Part shown: one piece after another, positions 26,789 through 34,153 of the stretch | Layout of the letters: every line of letters starts with the position of its first letter | How positions within the stretch are numbered: the stretch's first letter is position 1 | IMG/VR virus record: IMGVR_UViG_3300030207_000369 | Span: 1-48,245 of that record | Direction: 5' to 3' (one strand) | Length of the DNA stretch: 48,245 nucleotides | Source of the DNA: a virus | Taxonomy: Duplodnaviria; Caudoviricetes | Made by a program: the position numbers and the translations under genes | The notes under the pieces: generated by a model | Database searches by the model: none | Told to the model about the DNA's origin: nothing | Seen by the model: only the letters and a program-made list of their open reading frames with translations

Positions 26789-28569
26789 TATATAATAATA
26801 AGTCCTTCATAGTCATTGTCTTGTTTTGAATTACGTAGATACTGCAAGTCAAATGCACTATCACAAGACGCAACAATACTATCACTTACCTCTGGGAATA
26901 TGGAGTTCATAATCCTTGCAGTCTTAAATTGCATATTATCATTGTCAAACTTTACAAAGTAGTCTGAATTATGAAAGCAATTCTTTAAGTGATTAGTTGG
27001 AGTATTGTCGTTGTTCATAATCTCTACCATACGTTTCCTGTAAAACTCTTGTGTTATTACAGGTATATCAAACGTCTCAAAGAGACTATCACAAGTCATA
27101 GTAGGGTTTATGTAGTGTCTATGATTTGTATTTTCGTCTAGAAACTTAATCATAGGTTGTATCAGATACGTAGTATTGCTAGTATCTAATCCTAAGACGT
27201 CTGCAAGATAATCACTATCTTGTTTATACTCATAAAGATTAGTCTTAGCATCTTGTCCTATCGGAGCCTGACGATATTTCTTAGATATTGCACGTAGTCT
27301 ATCTCTATCAACATTCAATAAACGACTAGACGTCAAACTCTGAAACATATTAGTCTTACTTAAATCATATATGTTGTCTTGTCTCATCTCGTCTGCTAGT
27401 TGATTTCCTAACTCATAACACTTATCTATGATTTGTGTCCATAGAATACTCCAATGAAGCATTTTATCTGCGTTAAGAGTTCCGGAGTGATATCTAATCT
27501 CTACACCTTGATTAGCCTGAAAGTGGCAATGAAGGTTTAGTCCGTGATATCTCTTTTCGTGATACTTCTCGTTTCTAAACGAGCCGTCATCATAGTAGTA
27601 GTCCATAAAACTATCTCTATCATTAACGTATCTTAGAGAGGCTACCGACTGACTGACTGGGCGACACCACCTACTTGTTCTACGACTAGAAGGCAACCAA
27701 CTATATATATGTGGCTCTATCATCTTAGTCATAAGAGTTAAGACTAACATATGTTGCCAATCAAAGTCTCTTATGTCTACGTGTAGATGATAACCACATT
27801 TACTACTAATATAGGCTCTACTTTCCTCTTTTAACGTTTCAGTTATTGTTAATAAGTCATCATAGAGTATGTCGCCTCGTCTTGGTAGCATTACTATCTC
27901 TCCACCATAGTTGTCATCTCCACCATTTACACTTCCGTCATAAACGGCATTTAAACCTGCATTGAAAGGAGAAATTACACCGAGAGCATTGTCTTCGGTA
28001 TCTTGGACATTTCGTTGCTCCCTTATTGCAGTCCACAGACTATCCTCTACTGAGGAATTACTAACGTCTAATCCATAGTTAGTCTCAATCTCTACTCCTT
28101 GATAACGTTTAGACTTAATAAGATTAAACGTATCTTTATTATATGTTGATGTTGGAATAGGTATCATAAAGTCTGTATTAGTCTTGACATATACATTGTC
28201 AAAGACGTTCCACTCGTAGTCGTCTGAGGCATATTCGTGATAACAATGTTCGCAGTAGTATTGCCCTGCTCCTTCGTCATATATCATATCGTCATTCCAA
28301 TAGTCCTCACTACAACCTTCGCAGTAGGAGACGTTCTCGTGATAACAATCCTCGCAATATGCTTCGTCGTTAGGAGCATAATTGACGCTATCTATATGCA
28401 CTTCCTCACTACAACTATCGCAACATCTGTGATGTTCTTCATAACAATCATCACACCAAACGTCGCCATAATTGTCAGTCGTGTAATCACTATCAGTGAT
28501 ATCACAACCACAAGTTCCGGTCATAGTTTCGTTTTCTATTGCTTCTGTTGTTGCGTCTGTGTTAGGCAT
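26788..28569 (-). CDS. Putative amidoligase (Amidoligase_2 / COOH-NH2 ligase) with N-terminal CxxC repeats
   Basis: GVEIE, DGSV, GEIV, CGYHLHVD, KRYHGLNL, VEIRYHSGTLN. Confidence 0.85.
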   Translation of the reverse strand: MPNTDATTEAIENETMTGTCGCDITDSDYTTDNYGDVWCDDCYEEHHRCCDSCSEEVHIDSVNYAPNDEAYCEDCYHENVSYCEGCSEDYWNDDMIYDEGAGQYYCEHCYHEYASDDYEWNVFDNVYVKTNTDFMIPIPTSTYNKDTFNLIKSKRYQGVEIETNYGLDVSNSSVEDSLWTAIREQRNVQDTEDNALGVISPFNAGLNAVYDGSVNGGDDNYGGEIVMLPRRGDILYDDLLTITETLKEESRAYISSKCGYHLHVDIRDFDWQHMLVLTLMTKMIEPHIYSWLPSSRRTSRWCRPVSQSVASLRYVNDRDSFMDYYYDDGSFRNEKYHEKRYHGLNLHCHFQANQGVEIRYHSGTLNADKMLHWSILWTQIIDKCYELGNQLADEMRQDNIYDLSKTNMFQSLTSSRLLNVDRDRLRAISKKYRQAPIGQDAKTNLYEYKQDSDYLADVLGLDTSNTTYLIQPMIKFLDENTNHRHYINPTMTCDSLFETFDIPVITQEFYRKRMVEIMNNDNTPTNHLKNCFHNSDYFVKFDNDNMQFKTARIMNSIFPEVSDSIVASCDSAFDLQYLRNSKQDNDYEGLIII

Positions 28570-29623
28570 ACATTACCTCTTGTTCTGCGTCGTCGTCGCC
28601 AAACCATATTTCTGCGACTTGCCACTCGTTTAATAGTTGTTCTCTGTCGGTATCTATATAATACCATTGATGTTCAGTTAAGTCGTATTGCCATTCACTA
28701 GGGCGAGTGCCTTCGTAAATTCTAGACAATTCACTTTTCTGTTTTTCCTGCCATTCGTCTGAGACGACGTATTCGTCTTCCCACTCAGGTATCTCATCAC
28801 TTACATAGTCGTAGTTTTCAAACTCCCAATCATACTTAGACGCGTCGTTCCATCTATTACCATAGTAGTTAATAGCATTACTATATACTCTACTATCATA
28901 CTTAAATTCAGTCTTACTTACGTTAGACTTCGTGTCTCCAAATAGTCCTACATTATAACTATATAACGTATTCTTATTTAGTTTCACTACTTCCGTCTTA
29001 ATACCTTGTTTCTTTAATGCGTCAATTAAAAAGTCTCCTTCTGACGCATAGAATAATGTCTTTAACTCAGGCACATAAGCGACTGATAAAGGTCTATTAT
29101 TCTCTCTACATAGATACAAGATGTTAGGGTTATCCTTTACATAACTTAATGCAAAGTCGCTGTCAAAGTCCTTGACTGCGTCTTGTATGTTGTCTGTTGT
29201 ATCAATGGACTTGAATATCAACTGACTATCTACCGGACATTGCTTATCTAATTGCGTCTGCATTTCTGCTATATTATAGACACAACCATTGTGAGCGCCG
29301 ATAGTCCTACCGACTTGGAATGGGTGAGCATTGTTAAGAACAATCGCTCCCTCAGTCGCAAATCTGGTATGTCCTATTAATATATTATTGCCTTCGTCTA
29401 ACGACTTAGTAGCAGTATTATATTCTTTGCTATCTACAAACTTTGCAGACGGCAAAAGGGACTTATATATTGTAGACGTTTCTCCGATACTTGCAATACC
29501 AGACGAATGACTACCCCTAGTCTCGCTATCTACTGCAATATGCCTTAATACCTTCTTAGCAATCCTAGACTGCTTCCTAGTATAAGGTTTCGGAGACTTC
29601 GCTATTCCATATATTCCACACAT
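28562..29623 (-). CDS. Class II (Ntn) glutamine amidotransferase
   Basis: MCGIYG, RGSHSSG, GHTRFAT, NAHPF, AHNG, VDSQ. Confidence 0.92.
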   Translation of the reverse strand: MCGIYGIAKSPKPYTRKQSRIAKKVLRHIAVDSETRGSHSSGIASIGETSTIYKSLLPSAKFVDSKEYNTATKSLDEGNNILIGHTRFATEGAIVLNNAHPFQVGRTIGAHNGCVYNIAEMQTQLDKQCPVDSQLIFKSIDTTDNIQDAVKDFDSDFALSYVKDNPNILYLCRENNRPLSVAYVPELKTLFYASEGDFLIDALKKQGIKTEVVKLNKNTLYSYNVGLFGDTKSNVSKTEFKYDSRVYSNAINYYGNRWNDASKYDWEFENYDYVSDEIPEWEDEYVVSDEWQEKQKSELSRIYEGTRPSEWQYDLTEHQWYYIDTDREQLLNEWQVAEIWFGDDDAEQEVMYA

Positions 29624-29673
29624 AGTCTATACTCCTCATTGTTATTGGTTATTATTATCATTACAAAATTTTT

Positions 29674-29742
29674 GCGACTACTCTTAATACTAGCCGACTG
29701 GGAAAGGATTGCCAGTCTTGGACAAGGGCTAGTGGTAGTCGC
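29674..29742 (-). other. Long interrupted stem-loop in the amidotransferase leader
   Basis: Nested pairs GCGACTAC/GTAGTCGC, ACTAGCC/GGCTAGT, GACTGG/CCAGTC. Confidence 0.6.
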
Positions 29743-29756
29743 TACATATAAATTAT

Positions 29757-29855
29757 TTACCTTTCTAAGTAGTGCATTACTACGGCAGTCGCAAGTAGTA
29801 TAACTACTATTGCAACGAATACTCCTAATACTACTTGTATTGCGTCTATAAACAT
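29757..29855 (-). CDS. 32-aa transmembrane microprotein
   Basis: GGAGGT RBS; MFIDAIQVVLGVFVAIVVILLATAVVMHYLER. Confidence 0.55.
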   Translation of the reverse strand: MFIDAIQVVLGVFVAIVVILLATAVVMHYLER

Positions 29856-29867
29856 ACATACCTCCTA

Positions 29868-29999
29868 TTATCTTATTATTTCCTTTATACTATACATTAT
29901 ATAAGTAAAGAACGCAGTCCCAGATAACAATAGACTAGGGTGTGCCTCGCCACAAAGCCCTGTGATGTGTCTGAAAGCGTGTATTATCATTTCTAACAT
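29868..29999 (-). CDS. 43-aa membrane microprotein (GLCGExHP motif)
   Basis: AGGAGA RBS; MLEMIIHAFRHITGLCGEAHPSLLL... Confidence 0.55.
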   Translation of the reverse strand: MLEMIIHAFRHITGLCGEAHPSLLLSGTAFFTYIMYSIKEIIR

Positions 30000-30009
30000 A
30001 TATATCTCC

Positions 30010-30267
30010 TTATACTATACTTTTAGTTATTTCATAGTTTTTTAGTCTTACTGCTTCTAGTCTATCTAATATTTTAGATATACTATTGTGCATTGCGACT
30101 ACTTCGGTCTGGACTATTCCATTCTCTACATAGAATTGGTGGATTGCCGACTGCATTTCTAATAACTGCTTGTCTATACCACTTATCCTTGACAAGTTAT
30201 TTCTATGCTTCTTTATCTTTTCGTCTATACCATTTACTACGTCTGTATCATTACACTCTCTACACAT
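30010..30267 (-). CDS. Hypothetical protein
   Basis: GGAGGT RBS; CREC then helical. Confidence 0.65.
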   Translation of the reverse strand: MCRECNDTDVVNGIDEKIKKHRNNLSRISGIDKQLLEMQSAIHQFYVENGIVQTEVVAMHNSISKILDRLEAVRLKNYEITKSIV

Positions 30268-30268
30268 A

Positions 30269-30703
30269 TTACATACCTCCTTTTAATGCTAACTTACGAT
30301 TATTACGTTCTTGTCGTCTATACTTTTTAAACATATAGTCTACTCTCTTTGTCGCTTCTGCCTCATTGTCTAAGAACTCCGACAGATTGACGCTGTTTAT
30401 ACGTCTGTGTGTCTCTAATTCACTAGTAGGAAAGAACACATTAAACGCCTTATTGTGATTATGTAGTCTAAACGCTACGTGTTGTATTAAATACCTTACG
30501 TCTGCGTATGTCTTAGCCTCAAAACTATGGACTAGTTCTCTATCCTTTACTTCCATTGAAACTTCCCAAGTCTGCGTCTCGTGATTAGGTATCACAAAGA
30601 CCTCAGTCCCGACTTCAAGATGTTCAACTTCTACATCAGTCGTATGCCATTGATTACACGTATCGCAACGTTTAGTCTGCTTCATAGTAGTAGTCTCTAT
30701 CAT
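30269..30703 (-). CDS. Hypothetical protein
   Basis: GAGGAG RBS; CDTC. Confidence 0.65.
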   Translation of the reverse strand: MIETTTMKQTKRCDTCNQWHTTDVEVEHLEVGTEVFVIPNHETQTWEVSMEVKDRELVHSFEAKTYADVRYLIQHVAFRLHNHNKAFNVFFPTSELETHRRINSVNLSEFLDNEAEATKRVDYMFKKYRRQERNNRKLALKGGM

Positions 30704-30768
30704 ACTGCGTCTCCTCTCTTGACTTGCGTCTAAGTTATTGTTGTTATTATAGTCTGATTTTACTGCTT

Positions 30769-30797
30769 AATATAGGCATATATGTCGCCGACCACAA
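30769..30797 (-). promoter_or_regulatory. Leftward promoter of the amidoligase operon
   Basis: TTGTGG-17-TATATT. Confidence 0.5.
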
Positions 30798-30933
30798 GTG
30801 TTTTCTTAAATAAATCACATCACGCTCCGACTAAAGTCCTGAGTTCCGACGGCGCCAGTTCTGGACAATCTAGCTTCTATAAAATATCATTTCTACGACT
30901 AAAAAACTATTTTAAGATTTAAGCAAAAAGTCC

Positions 30934-30962
30934 TTGTGAGAAGCGACATTTATTGGTATATT
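30934..30962 (+). promoter_or_regulatory. Rightward divergent promoter
   Basis: TTGTGA-17-TATATT with an extended -10 TG. Confidence 0.55.
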
Positions 30963-30967
30963 CCTAT

Positions 30968-31204
30968 ATGATAAACAATAAAATAAGAAAGGTTAAGAAT
31001 ATGAGTTATCAAGACGCAAAACTCCAAGCATATAATGATATGTTGAAAGAGGATAAGCGAGAACAAAAAGCAAAAGAAAGAAAAAGACAAGCATTTAATA
31101 ATGACGCAATTAATCAAGCAGACATTTATAGATTTGTCTTTGGTAATGATTTTGTAGATACAAATGCAGTAATAATAAAACAAAACAATGAAAGGTTGGC
31201 ATAA
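30968..31204 (+). CDS. Hypothetical protein
   Basis: ORF directly after the promoter; start at 30968 (leaderless) or 31001. Confidence 0.55.
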   Translation: MINNKIRKVKNMSYQDAKLQAYNDMLKEDKREQKAKERKRQAFNNDAINQADIYRFVFGNDFVDTNAVIIKQNNERLA

Positions 31205-31599
31205 TGAAAGAAGCAAATAAAGAAAACAAGTTAGAACGTTCACAAATGAATAGAGTTAGACCTGAACAAAGAGAGGAGCAATTACAAGACTACTTGAAAA
31301 TTGCGACTGATAAAGACGGCAAAGTAGATAATACTTTATATAACTCATTAGTCAAATCTTATGATGACAATCATTTAGTAGTCGGAGTAAGAATAGATAA
31401 TTGGCTTGTCATTAAAGAGAGTTCACCGGAAGCGTCTAAACTAGTTGATACAATTAATAATAATTTCGCTAGTCTAAATGCTTTAATTGAGAAGTCTAAT
31501 ATATTATTGGCTAAGAAAGGAAGCGAAGTCTTAGGAATTCCAAGAGCAACACATAAAGTTGAGATAATCATACCTAAAACCGAGACTAATAAAGCATAA
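31204..31599 (+). CDS. Hypothetical protein
   Basis: TAATG-coupled 131 aa, followed by a terminator. Confidence 0.65.
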   Translation: MKEANKENKLERSQMNRVRPEQREEQLQDYLKIATDKDGKVDNTLYNSLVKSYDDNHLVVGVRIDNWLVIKESSPEASKLVDTINNNFASLNALIEKSNILLAKKGSEVLGIPRATHKVEIIIPKTETNKA

Positions 31600-31632
31600 T
31601 GGGAGATAGCATATAATATAATAGAGTAGCAG

Positions 31633-31668
31633 AAAAAGTCGGTCAAATAATTTTGGTCGGCTTTTTTT
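31633..31668 (+). terminator. Intrinsic terminator
   Basis: AGTCGGTCAAA/TTTGGTCGGCT hairpin (with GU pairs) followed by a T run. Confidence 0.65.
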
Positions 31669-31690
31669 GTGTCCTTCAAAAAATAAAACC

Positions 31691-31719
31691 TTGACATTAA
31701 AAAATATATGTCATAAATT
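31691..31719 (+). promoter_or_regulatory. Orphan promoter
   Basis: TTGACA-17-TAAATT; no credible ORF downstream. Confidence 0.5.
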
Positions 31720-31772
31720 AAGTCGGATAGTCCACTCAAAATTTTCAGTCGGAAAAAAAAATAAAAAAACAC

Positions 31773-31801
31773 TTGACTTTTTTCTCAAAAACACTTACCT
31801 T
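31773..31801 (+). promoter_or_regulatory. Orphan promoter with A-tract UP element
   Basis: TTGACT-17-TACCTT. Confidence 0.45.
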
Positions 31802-31936
31802 AGAGGGCGGTTGCGGGTGGGAATGCCAATTTCTGGACAATCTAGCTGTAATAAAATAAATATAAGAGAGAGAGGAGGAAAAAGCTGGTTTAGCGCAATC
31901 TTCACAATCTAGCTCTCGGCAAAATAAATACAATTG

Positions 31937-31970
31937 AAAAAAGAAAAGCCCCAAGATTTCTCCCAGGGCC
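31937..31970 (-). terminator. Intrinsic terminator of early cassette 2
   Basis: GCCCTGGGA-GAAA-TCTTGGGGC followed by TTTTCTTTTTT. Confidence 0.75.
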
Positions 31971-31976
31971 ATTCTA

Positions 31977-32129
31977 TTAAATAAGGTCTTTAAAACAAGC
32001 AGCTTTAAATCTGTCTGAATCAAAGTTCTTATTATCTGATTTGAAAACAACTATTAAAGCTTGTATTAAATGCTTAAAAGTTGTATTAAACACCTTAGCT
32101 AACGCTTCATAGTGTTTTTTTGTCATCAT
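31977..32129 (-). CDS. 50-aa early protein (MTKKHY...DNxNFDxDRFxxAC type)
   Basis: AAAGGA RBS; MMTKKHYEALAKVF...SDNKNFDSDRFKAACF resembles small early proteins of many phages. Confidence 0.65.
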   Translation of the reverse strand: MMTKKHYEALAKVFNTTFKHLIQALIVVFKSDNKNFDSDRFKAACFKDLI

Positions 32130-32149
32130 TATTTTATCCTTTCGGTTGT

Positions 32150-32167
32150 GGGGCCCCGAAGGGCCCC
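32150..32167 (-). other. cUUCGg tetraloop hairpin (cassette 2)
   Basis: GGGGCCC-TTCG-GGGCCCC, no U tract. Confidence 0.75.
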
Positions 32168-32174
32168 GAGGTTG

Positions 32175-32390
32175 CTATTCGCACTTGTTTTTGCATTCTG
32201 AAATCATCTCTGCATATTCATCAGATAATCCTAGAATATGTTTTGCGTTGCTTTCAGTGTCTCTAAACAAGAATTTAATATCCCTTTCTATTGCTTGAAT
32301 GCGTTCATATTGTCTAATTAATACATACATTAGTAAGAATACAAGCATTAAAACAATCACGAAAATTAAATTAATTTCTAATTCGCTCAT
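32175..32390 (-). CDS. Membrane-anchored early protein
   Basis: GGAGGTGA RBS before ATG 32390; N-terminal TM helix. Confidence 0.65.
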   Translation of the reverse strand: MSELEINLIFVIVLMLVFLLMYVLIRQYERIQAIERDIKFLFRDTESNAKHILGLSDEYAEMISECKNKCE

Positions 32391-32429
32391 AGTGTTCACC
32401 TCCTTTCAAATTGTCAAATAATACCCTAT

Positions 32430-32458
32430 AACTTACACCATAGAAATATAAAAGTCAA
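32430..32458 (-). promoter_or_regulatory. Early promoter, cassette 2
   Basis: TTGACT-17-TAAGTT with a T-rich UP element; TATTTGACAATT in the leader. Confidence 0.65.
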
Positions 32459-32541
32459 GTAAAAAAAGAAAAAAAAGAAAATAATATTATTATATGCACA
32501 ATTCTTCACAATCTAGCTCTAATAAAATATTTTTTTAATGT

Positions 32542-32574
32542 AAAAGAAAGCCCCAGGATTTTACTCCCAGGGCC
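32542..32574 (-). terminator. Intrinsic terminator of early cassette 1
   Basis: GCCCTGGGA-GTAAAA-TCCTGGGGC followed by TTTCTTTT. Confidence 0.75.
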
Positions 32575-32581
32575 TCTTTGT

Positions 32582-32659
32582 TTACGATAAGGATTTAAAT
32601 CCCATCGCAACACCATAGACGATGCCAATGGCTAACCACACTAACATTACCGATTCCAT
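32582..32659 (-). CDS. 25-aa transmembrane microprotein
   Basis: AAGGAG RBS; MESVMLVWLAIGIVYGVAMGFKSLS. Confidence 0.45.
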   Translation of the reverse strand: MESVMLVWLAIGIVYGVAMGFKSLS

Positions 32660-32811
32660 TCCTTCTCCTTTCCTGCTATCCACTTCTGAATAATGAGAGG
32701 TAGTTTCTGTAAACCATATATTCTCATATTCTTAATAACAGCAGATTCTATTTTATACATTGCACTTTCCATATAACTATCAGTGCCTGCTATCTTAGTA
32801 TTACTTCGCAT
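32647..32811 (-). CDS. 54-aa early protein
   Basis: AGGAGA RBS; MRSNTKIAGTDSYMESAMY... Confidence 0.55.
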   Translation of the reverse strand: MRSNTKIAGTDSYMESAMYKIESAVIKNMRIYGLQKLPLIIQKWIAGKEKEWNR

Positions 32812-32828
32812 AGTATCTCCTATGTTGT

Positions 32829-32846
32829 GGGGGCCCGAAGGCCCCC
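32829..32846 (-). other. cUUCGg tetraloop hairpin (cassette 1)
   Basis: GGGGGCC-TTCG-GGCCCCC, no U tract. Confidence 0.75.
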
Positions 32847-32854
32847 GGTTATTA

Positions 32855-33043
32855 TTATCCTTTCATTATCTCTTTTAGAGATAAGTCCTGGGCGTGTAAG
32901 ATATGTCCTAGCAACTCGCTAGTCTTCATACACTTGACTTGTTCTCGCATTGCCTCGCGATGATTTGTCTTCCTGTCAGTGTCAGTAAAACCACCGAAGT
33001 AAACATCGTACATCTGCAAGACTTCTACTTGCTTCTCGTCCAT
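32855..33043 (-). CDS. Early hypothetical protein
   Basis: GGAGGTGA RBS. Confidence 0.65.
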   Translation of the reverse strand: MDEKQVEVLQMYDVYFGGFTDTDRKTNHREAMREQVKCMKTSELLGHILHAQDLSLKEIMKG

Positions 33044-33080
33044 CTGTAATCACCTCCTTCCAATTGTCAAATACATAGTA

Positions 33081-33109
33081 AGTCTATGCATAAATACTAT
33101 AAGATGCAA
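33081..33109 (-). promoter_or_regulatory. Early promoter, cassette 1
   Basis: TTGCAT-17-TAGACT with a T-rich UP element; TATTTGACAATT in the leader. Confidence 0.65.
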
Positions 33110-33444
33110 GTAAAAAAAGAAAATAAATTAAAATAAACGATATAATAATGATATTATTAACAAAAAAACCAACCTAAAACAGAATTTTCAACCTTTTTTA
33201 CGATTTCCAACTTGGAAAAAGACCCGACCCGTCTTGGGGAAACAAAAGGCACACACAAATTTGCGCTATTTTTCAACCAAAGGGTAAAAATCGGGGTAAA
33301 GCTCGTGATATGGGCGTAAAATGCCCTGTGAAATTATTTTTTTTTGAAATTTTTAGGAATAGGGTTGTACTATAGAGTATTGAGTGTTATTTAAAGATAA
33401 GTATTAATTATTATTAATCTTTTTTTAGAGCTCCCGAGTATTAT

Positions 33445-33474
33445 ATTATAATTAATAATTTTTATTGTTGTCAA
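33445..33474 (-). promoter_or_regulatory. Consensus promoter facing the non-coding region
   Basis: TTGACA-18-TATAAT. Confidence 0.55.
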
Positions 33475-33528
33475 GGTTTATTTTCATTATTGTTTAATTA
33501 TTTTTTTTGTCTAACTGTTGTTTTTTTC

Positions 33529-33558
33529 TTGACTTGTGTAGTATTATTTACGTAAACT
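33529..33558 (+). promoter_or_regulatory. Promoter of the rightward packaging operon
   Basis: TTGACT-18-TAAACT, ATG 9 nt downstream with no SD. Confidence 0.6.
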
Positions 33559-33567
33559 CCATACACA

Positions 33568-33741
33568 ATGAGTAAAGAAGAAGATAGAATCAAAGAAATG
33601 GAACGTATTATAGAGGAAAGCTTTAATATGATGTCAGATGCTGAGATGTATGATGAGCTTTTTATAGAAGAAAAGAGAGTTCTACCTCTTAAACCTGTTC
33701 CAAAGAAAGATAGGGAGAAAAAGAAAGATGAAAAAAAATAA
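33568..33741 (+). CDS. 57-aa hypothetical protein
   Basis: MSKEEDRIKEMERII...; first ORF after the promoter. Confidence 0.5.
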   Translation: MSKEEDRIKEMERIIEESFNMMSDAEMYDELFIEEKRVLPLKPVPKKDREKKKDEKK

Positions 33742-34048
33742 AAAATCGCCGGATACGAGAATTGCTATAGGCGGCCACGAATACGAGGTCATATTTGCAG
33801 ATTTAAGACACGAAGACTCTACAAAAGAATTGTATGGTAGACACGAAGTAAAAGACAATATTATATATATTAATAGTAATATACACGAATCTAGGCAAAA
33901 AGAAACTCTAATCCACGAAATATTACACGCATTGCATTTTAATTACGGATTACAACATAAAGAAGGATATATTGATGCATTATCAAATGGATTGTTTCAA
34001 TTAGGTATGGGAGATTATATATGGACGAAAATACAAAAAAAATCTTAA
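33728..34048 (+). CDS. HExxH zincin-like (ImmA/IrrE-related) protein
   Basis: LYGR...IIYIN...ETLIHEILHALH. Confidence 0.75.
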   Translation: MKKNKKSPDTRIAIGGHEYEVIFADLRHEDSTKELYGRHEVKDNIIYINSNIHESRQKETLIHEILHALHFNYGLQHKEGYIDALSNGLFQLGMGDYIWTKIQKKS

Positions 34049-34153
34049 AAGCTAAGAAAAACAAAGATTATAGGCTAGTTCAACAATTACAACAAGAACT
34101 AGATACGTTAAGAAAATTAGAAGATAAACCTGATATGGAGGATTTTCCTAAAA

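Noticed and set aside
29602-29859. 85-aa ORF from the track
   Set aside because: The SD fits the 32-aa TM ORF in another frame, and the rest overlaps a structured leader
31371-32050. Track ORFs 31371-31772, 31667-31912 and 31745-32050
   Set aside because: They run across promoters, terminators and homopolymer tracts, with no RBS
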